From: Candidatus Cloacimonadota bacterium
Lineage (GTDB): Bacteria; Cloacimonadota; Cloacimonadia; Cloacimonadales; TCS61
Length of the DNA: 64,000 bases
Reading direction: 5' to 3'
Assembly: GCA_030445745.1 (NCBI GenBank)
Contig: JASUTE010000003.1
Location: forward strand, 78,725 to 142,724
The notes beneath the pieces are model-generated. The model saw nothing but the letters and a program-made list of their open reading frames with translations, searched no databases and was not told where the DNA came from. Made by a program: the position numbers and the translations under genes. Shown in pieces: positions 58,542-64,000 of the stretch (its first letter is position 1; the number at the start of each line of letters is the position of its first letter).

Positions 58542-59867
58542 ATGAGAAAAAATATAATAGCTATAGTCGGCCGTCCCAATGTGGGTAAATCAACAATATT
58601 CAATAGGTTATGTCATCGTCGTAGTGCTATAGTAGATTACGAAGAGGGTGTTACGCGCGATAGAAAGTACCAAGAAACAGAATGGCTGGGTCATTCCTTC
58701 ATTTTGGTCGATACGGGTGGAATTATACCTAAATCTAGTGGTAAGATCAATCAGGCTATTAAGTTTCAAGCCGGAATTGCTATTGAAGAAGCCGATTTCA
58801 TCTTATTTATTGTGGATACCAAAGTAGGTCTTACCGATATCGACATGCAAATTGGCAAAATATTATCCCAAAAGCGGGAGAAAGTTTTTCTTATAGCCAA
58901 TAAAACCGATAATGAAAAAGATGAATTGGAAATCTACGATTTCATGAAGCTGGGCTTTGGTGAACCTTTTCCTATGGCAGCTGCTAATGGTCGCAATGTG
59001 GCAAACTTCTTAGATGAATTAATAACACATATCGACAGAGTTCCTGCAGAAACCGAAGATGATGACATTAAAGTGGCTATTGTAGGCAAACCCAATGTTG
59101 GAAAATCTTCGCTGATAAATCGCATCTTTGGTAAAGAGATGAACATCGTTACCGATATTCCCGGCACAACTCGCGATTCCATCGATTCCAGCCTTCTCTA
59201 CAAAGAAAAAAAATTTACTTTTATCGATACAGCTGGATTACGAAAAAAAAAGAAGATAAAATATGGTGTAGAGTATTTCAGCAATATGCGCACAATCGAG
59301 AGTATAAACCGCAGCGATGTTGTACTCTTAATTATAGATGCCGACCAAGGTATCACCAATCAAGATCAAAAAATAGCTTCCTATGCTCAGCGCAATCACA
59401 AAGATATTTTGATTGTCTTTAATAAATGGGATTTAGTAGAAAAAAAAGAACAGAAAATGCGCGATTTTAAGCTGGATATTCGCTATCAACTCCCCTTTAT
59501 TGAATTCGCTCCTATCCTCTATATCTCAGCTCTTACCGGATTGCGGACAAATAAAATTTTAGACACAATTCTGCAGATTGAAGAGGAGAGTAAAAAACGA
59601 ATTCCCACTTCTAAATTAAATAAGTTTTTAGAAAAGATAACATCCAGGTTTCCTCCCTCTCACTCTAGTGGCACTCATGTAAAAATATATTACGGCACTC
59701 AAATTCAAACCCACCCACCTACATTTGTATTTTTCTGCAACAATGCTACGCTGCTAACCAAGCATTATAAGCGCTACATCCATAATCAGCTGCGAGAGGA
59801 ATTTAACTTTGCAGGAGCCTCAATTCGTCTATATTTTCGCAGTAGGGAACCACAACAATGGCAATAA
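58542..59867 (+). CDS. der: Ribosome biogenesis GTPase Der/EngA
   Basis: Two G(R/K)PNVGKS GTPase domains, DTGG/DTAG and PPTFV; start at ATG 58542 behind AAGGA. Confidence 0.97.
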   Translation: MRKNIIAIVGRPNVGKSTIFNRLCHRRSAIVDYEEGVTRDRKYQETEWLGHSFILVDTGGIIPKSSGKINQAIKFQAGIAIEEADFILFIVDTKVGLTDIDMQIGKILSQKREKVFLIANKTDNEKDELEIYDFMKLGFGEPFPMAAANGRNVANFLDELITHIDRVPAETEDDDIKVAIVGKPNVGKSSLINRIFGKEMNIVTDIPGTTRDSIDSSLLYKEKKFTFIDTAGLRKKKKIKYGVEYFSNMRTIESINRSDVVLLIIDADQGITNQDQKIASYAQRNHKDILIVFNKWDLVEKKEQKMRDFKLDIRYQLPFIEFAPILYISALTGLRTNKILDTILQIEEESKKRIPTSKLNKFLEKITSRFPPSHSSGTHVKIYYGTQIQTHPPTFVFFCNNATLLTKHYKRYIHNQLREEFNFAGASIRLYFRSREPQQWQ

Positions 59868-60469
59868 TATTTTTATTCATTGCAGCTTACCTAATTGGCA
59901 GCTTTCCTACCAGTTTTGTTATGGGAAAGTTAATACGTGGGCTAGATATTCGCCAATATGGCAGTGGTAACGTGGGTGCTACCAATGCGCTACGGGTTTT
60001 AGGTACAAAGATCGGATTGTTCACATTACTGGTAGATATTGGCAAAGGATTTTTAACCATATTTTTAGTTAGGAAATTACTTCCTGAAGCCAGTAATCTA
60101 TTTTTTATTGGTATTGGGCTAACTACGATCTTAGGTCATATTTTTTCCATATTTTTAAAATTTAAAGGCGGTAAGGGTGTAGCTACCTCAGCTGGAGTTT
60201 TTTTAGCGCTTACTCCCCTGGCACTTGCATTAGCTTTTGCAGTATTTGTTATAGTTGTAGCTATTACCCACTATGTTTCCTTAGGTTCCATTTTAGCTGC
60301 TATTACTTTGTTAGTAACAGAGCTGGTAATAAATCTAAAAAATTCGTTTTCCCAATTGGAATTACTGATTTTCGTGTTCATAGTTGCTCTGTTTATAATT
60401 ACGATGCATCGTAGCAATATAACGCGATTGTTAGCCGGAAATGAAAATAAATTGAGTTTCAAAAAATAG
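59858..60469 (+). CDS. plsY: Glycerol-3-phosphate acyltransferase
   Basis: GSGNVGATN, GH...FKGGKGVAT and HRSNI.RL motifs. Confidence 0.96.
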   Translation: MAIIFLFIAAYLIGSFPTSFVMGKLIRGLDIRQYGSGNVGATNALRVLGTKIGLFTLLVDIGKGFLTIFLVRKLLPEASNLFFIGIGLTTILGHIFSIFLKFKGGKGVATSAGVFLALTPLALALAFAVFVIVVAITHYVSLGSILAAITLLVTELVINLKNSFSQLELLIFVFIVALFIITMHRSNITRLLAGNENKLSFKK

Positions 60470-60484
60470 TGCAGGAGAAAAAAA

Positions 60485-61846
60485 GTGTGTGGAATTATTG
60501 GAATATTTGGTAATGAAAACGCTGCTGAATTGGCTACATTAGGTTTATTTGCCGAACAACATCGTGGACAAGAAAGCTGTGGAATGGCTGTTCACGACGG
60601 TCACAAATTTGTTTTGAGAAAAAAAATGGGATTGGTGAAAGAGGTATTTCGTCCCCAAAAAATAAAATTACTCCAAGGTAAAATAGCTATTGGTCATGTG
60701 CGTTATCCAACTTGCGGTAGTTCTTCTGAATATAATTCACAACCGCATATCGTGGAAACACTCTCAGGACCCTCCTATGCCTTAGCCAGCAATGGTGATA
60801 TTATTAATTACACTGAAATGCGCCAAAAACTGGAGAACAAGGGAATTTATTTTGCCAGTTACAACGATGGCGAACTATTATTGAAATATATTGTTTATCA
60901 AGTGGAAAAAAATGGAAAAAGCATTGTGGATGCTATTAAATTGGCCATGCAGAACATCAAAGGCGCTTTTTCCACTGTTTTAGGCACCCGAGATGGACTC
61001 TATGTTTTCCGCGATCCCTATGGTATAAGACCACTATCTTTGGGAAAACTTAAAGACGGTAGTATTGCGGTAGCTTCAGAATCTTGTGCGCTGGATATTT
61101 TGCATCCTGATAGCATTCGCGAGGTAGCGCCAGCAGAAATTGTGGAAATCACCAAACAAAAATTGCAATCACATCAGCTGCAAGCCAGCCACTACCGCAC
61201 TTCCAAACACAATAAGCATTGCATTTTCGAACATGTTTATTTTGCGCGCCCCGATAGCTTTGAATTTAACGAGAATGTATATCAGGTGCGTATGAATATT
61301 GGCTCTATTTTGGCTAAAAATGATGAGGCAGATTACGATATAGTGGTACCAGTACCAGACTCTGCCAACTTCATAGCTTTGGGCTTCGCTCGTCAAAAGA
61401 ACATTCCATATGAGATGGGACTCATTAGGAACCATTACGTAGGAAGGACTTTTATTAAACCTGAACAAACTATTCGAGATGAAAGCGTAAATCAGAAATT
61501 CAATCCACTTCCTAATATTTTTAAAGGGAAAAATATAGCATTAGTAGATGATTCTATTGTACGAGGCACAACTTTACGACAAATAGTGAAAATGGTGAGA
61601 AAAGCGGGCGCTAACCAGATTCACTTGCGGATAGGCTCGCCTATGGTCAAGTTTTCCTGTTTTTATGGTATTGACACACCCAGCCAAGATGAATTAATTG
61701 CTAATAATAAATCTTTGGAAGCAATTAGAGATTATCTGGGAGCCGATAGTGTGAAATATTTGCAAATTGAACAACTGCAACAAGCAGTAAAAAAACCGCA
61801 GGATTATTGCTATGCCTGCTTTAATGGGAAATATCCGGTAAAATGA
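60485..61846 (+). CDS. purF: Amidophosphoribosyltransferase
   Basis: N-terminal MCG, QHRGQE, CIFE..YFARPDS, VDDSIVRGTT and Fe-S Cys residues; GTG start. Confidence 0.95.
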   Translation: MCGIIGIFGNENAAELATLGLFAEQHRGQESCGMAVHDGHKFVLRKKMGLVKEVFRPQKIKLLQGKIAIGHVRYPTCGSSSEYNSQPHIVETLSGPSYALASNGDIINYTEMRQKLENKGIYFASYNDGELLLKYIVYQVEKNGKSIVDAIKLAMQNIKGAFSTVLGTRDGLYVFRDPYGIRPLSLGKLKDGSIAVASESCALDILHPDSIREVAPAEIVEITKQKLQSHQLQASHYRTSKHNKHCIFEHVYFARPDSFEFNENVYQVRMNIGSILAKNDEADYDIVVPVPDSANFIALGFARQKNIPYEMGLIRNHYVGRTFIKPEQTIRDESVNQKFNPLPNIFKGKNIALVDDSIVRGTTLRQIVKMVRKAGANQIHLRIGSPMVKFSCFYGIDTPSQDELIANNKSLEAIRDYLGADSVKYLQIEQLQQAVKKPQDYCYACFNGKYPVK

Positions 61847-62316
61847 TTGTAAAAAATTGGCAACATTTGGCTAACTTAGTAAAAAAAGCACAGCAGCAGA
61901 ATAAGAAAGTTGTTTTCACCAATGGTTGTTTCGATATTTTGCATGCTGGTCATGTGCAATTTTTGCAGGAAGCGAAAAATTTAGGTGATCTTTTACTGGT
62001 AGCAGTAAACTCCGATGCTTCTGTTAAACATTTAAAGGGAGATAAACGCCCTGTAGTTTCGGAAAACGAGCGCTGCCAGGTTTTGGATGCAATGAAAATG
62101 GTGGATTGGGTTACTGTATTTCAGCAAGATACTCCCTACCAATTGATAAAAACCATAAAACCAGATATTTTAGTAAAAGGTGGGGATTGGCAACCCAGCG
62201 AAATAGTAGGTGCCGATATTGTACAGCAAAATGGCGGCCAGGTAAAAAGCCTTAGCTTCAAGCAGGGAATTTCCACTTCTAAAATAATACAAAGGATTTT
62301 AAAAGCTTATGAATGA
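61843..62316 (+). CDS. hldC: D-glycero-beta-D-manno-heptose 1-phosphate adenylyltransferase (HldC/RfaE2)
   Basis: FTNGCFDILHAGH, NSDASV, LVKGGD and STS motifs. Confidence 0.9.
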   Translation: MIVKNWQHLANLVKKAQQQNKKVVFTNGCFDILHAGHVQFLQEAKNLGDLLLVAVNSDASVKHLKGDKRPVVSENERCQVLDAMKMVDWVTVFQQDTPYQLIKTIKPDILVKGGDWQPSEIVGADIVQQNGGQVKSLSFKQGISTSKIIQRILKAYE

Positions 62317-62725
62317 AGAAAATATAACTGATGTAGCAGTAGTTAAACAGGTAGATGGCGACAAAATAGTTCTGGAAATAGAGCAAACCGATTCCTGCAA
62401 TTCTTGCGCTATGCACGGTATTTGCCAGGCTGGCGATAAAAGAATTGTTTATAAGATAAAAACCGACCTAAAGCTGCAAACTGGCGATAGAGTAAAAATA
62501 TTTTTGGAACCGGGATTACGAGTTCTTTCCTCCTTCCTCATCTTCATCTTTCCTATATTAATAATGGTACTTTTTTACTTAGGTAGTAAACTTATTTTCT
62601 CAGCTTCCGAAAATATTGCTATTTTATTCTCAATCCTTAGTCTACTTTTTAGCGGTTTTGCAATTTACAAACTGGATAAAAAAATGGCGAATAGATTAAA
62701 ATTCAAGATAGTGGAGAAATTATGA
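62309..62725 (+). CDS. RseC/MucC family membrane protein
   Basis: CxxC...C motif, GDRV and two C-terminal TM helices. Confidence 0.8.
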   Translation: MNEENITDVAVVKQVDGDKIVLEIEQTDSCNSCAMHGICQAGDKRIVYKIKTDLKLQTGDRVKIFLEPGLRVLSSFLIFIFPILIMVLFYLGSKLIFSASENIAILFSILSLLFSGFAIYKLDKKMANRLKFKIVEKL

Positions 62726-63078
62726 AAATACATCTGCATGAAATGGTTTTCTATGGTTACCATGGGGTGCGCGACGAAGAACGCAAATTAGGCCAGCGTT
62801 TTATAGTAAATTTTTCTTTTGAAACAGATAGCAGCCACGATACAGAAATACAAAAATTGGAAGATACAGTAGATTACACAAAAGTTTATGCTATCATAAA
62901 AAATATTTTGGAAAATAAGAAGTTTAAGCTACTAGAAAAGTGTGCGAATACAATTTTAGATCGCATAATGGCTGATTTTCCGGAATTGATTAAAGCAAAT
63001 ATAAGAATAAAAAAACCCTCGGTAGCGATAAATGGAAGTTTAAATTCTGTGGAAGTGGAGATGGAAAGAACTCGTTGA
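62722..63078 (+). CDS. folB: Dihydroneopterin aldolase
   Basis: FYGYHGV..EE..LGQRF, TVDY, LLE and KP motifs. Confidence 0.95.
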   Translation: MKIHLHEMVFYGYHGVRDEERKLGQRFIVNFSFETDSSHDTEIQKLEDTVDYTKVYAIIKNILENKKFKLLEKCANTILDRIMADFPELIKANIRIKKPSVAINGSLNSVEVEMERTR

Positions 63079-63533
63079 TGCTGGTACTTTTAGGGTTGGG
63101 GTCAAATTTGGGAAACCGCAGAAGATACCTGCTTACTGCAATCGAAAAGCTGGCAAAACATGCAAAAATAAATGTTTTATCCACAAGCACAATAAGAGAA
63201 ACTGCAGCTTATGGCAAAACCGATCAACCAGATTTCCTAAATGCCGCAATAAAGATTGAAACCGAATTATCGGCACTAGAACTTCTAGAGCTCACTCAGA
63301 AAATTGAAATTCAATTAGGAAGAAAACGCACAGAACATTGGGGACCCCGCACCATCGATATCGACATTCTTTTTTTCGGAAACAAGGTAGTAGCTCTACC
63401 TCAACTGCAAATTCCTCATCCGGAAATTCCTAAAAGAAAATTTGTGTTAGAACCACTTAACGAGATATGTCCCAACTTTATCGATCCTATTTCCCAAAAG
63501 AAAATTAAAGATTTATATAAGGAGATTTTATGA
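63075..63533 (+). CDS. folK: 2-amino-4-hydroxy-6-hydroxymethyldihydropteridine pyrophosphokinase
   Basis: LGSNLG, FLNAA, WGPRTIDIDIL and PH motifs. Confidence 0.96.
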   Translation: MMLVLLGLGSNLGNRRRYLLTAIEKLAKHAKINVLSTSTIRETAAYGKTDQPDFLNAAIKIETELSALELLELTQKIEIQLGRKRTEHWGPRTIDIDILFFGNKVVALPQLQIPHPEIPKRKFVLEPLNEICPNFIDPISQKKIKDLYKEIL

Positions 63534-64000
63534 GAAAATTAGCAACTATCGTTTTAGCAGCTGGTAAGGGCACACGCATGAAATCAGATAAACCGAAAGT
63601 AATTTTTGAACTAGCAGGAAAACCTATGATAAACAGAGTTGTAGAAACCGCTCAGCAATTAAAAAGCGACATTATTACAATAGTTGTGGGTTATAAAAAA
63701 GAACAAGTAATTCAAACAGTGCCTATAGCAAAAAATATTGAATTTGTAGAACAAAAAGAGCAAACCGGCACTGGACACGCTGTGTTGGTCACTCAAAACA
63801 CTTTTAAAGATTTTCAAGGTGATGTATTCATCTTATGTGGAGATGTTCCGTTGCTGCGGTTGAAAACTTTGCAAAAGATGTTGGAAAAACATCGCCAAAA
63901 TAAAGCCGCTTGTACCGTTTTAACAGCAAAAATGACAGATCCAAAGCAATATGGCAGAATTGTAAGAAACCAGGGCGGCAATGTGCAAAAAATTGTTGAA
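63530..64000 (+). CDS. glmU: GlmU-type sugar-phosphate nucleotidyltransferase (partial, runs off window end)
   Basis: Manual translation from ATG 63530: MRKLATIVLAAGKGTRMKSDKPKV...GTGHAV...CGDVPLL...YGRIVR. Confidence 0.85.
   Translation, partial: MRKLATIVLAAGKGTRMKSDKPKVIFELAGKPMINRVVETAQQLKSDIITIVVGYKKEQVIQTVPIAKNIEFVEQKEQTGTGHAVLVTQNTFKDFQGDVFILCGDVPLLRLKTLQKMLEKHRQNKAACTVLTAKMTDPKQYGRIVRNQGGNVQKIVE

Noticed and set aside
890-63190. Many short ORFs overlapping long genes on the opposite strand or in alternate frames
   Set aside because: They lie inside well-supported genes and show no recognisable motifs or RBS
1-64000. CRISPR arrays, tRNA/rRNA, IS elements, prophage, stop-codon readthrough
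   Set aside because: I saw no regularly spaced repeats, RNA gene signatures, transposase or phage motifs, or gene pairs split at a single in-frame stop; this was checked by eye only

Overview
AT-rich, gene-dense bacterial chromosomal window from a diderm, probably anaerobic organism. The gene repertoire suggests an FCB-group lineage such as Candidatus Cloacimonadota; this is an inference. Most of the window is housekeeping: ppdK, uvrA, uvrC, murJ, adk, topA, secA, tkt, tldD/pmbA, der, plsY, purF, folB/folK, glmU, gmhA, dtd and rluD. I saw no rRNA, tRNA, CRISPR array, integrase or transposase. Six items stand out. (1) A trehalose operon: an OtsA-OtsB fusion with a degenerate phosphatase domain, then a stand-alone nematode/GOB-1-type T6P phosphatase and a beta-PGM-GH65 phosphorylase fusion. 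(2) An uncalled 49-codon ORF between adk and ktrA that looks like a ktrB/trkH K+ channel with almost its whole interior deleted in frame, followed by ktrA and a kinase-less HAMP/PAS membrane protein. (3) An mtaD/mtnA/class II aldolase SAM by-product salvage cluster next to a small islet with an osmC remnant. (4) Two tandem LruC/DUF4842 lipoprotein paralogs, each with its own sigma54-type promoter. (5) A 1085-aa outer-membrane protein with SprA-like elements. (6) A TMEM260-like DUF2723 glycosyltransferase. All family assignments come from motif recognition by eye; no searches were run.
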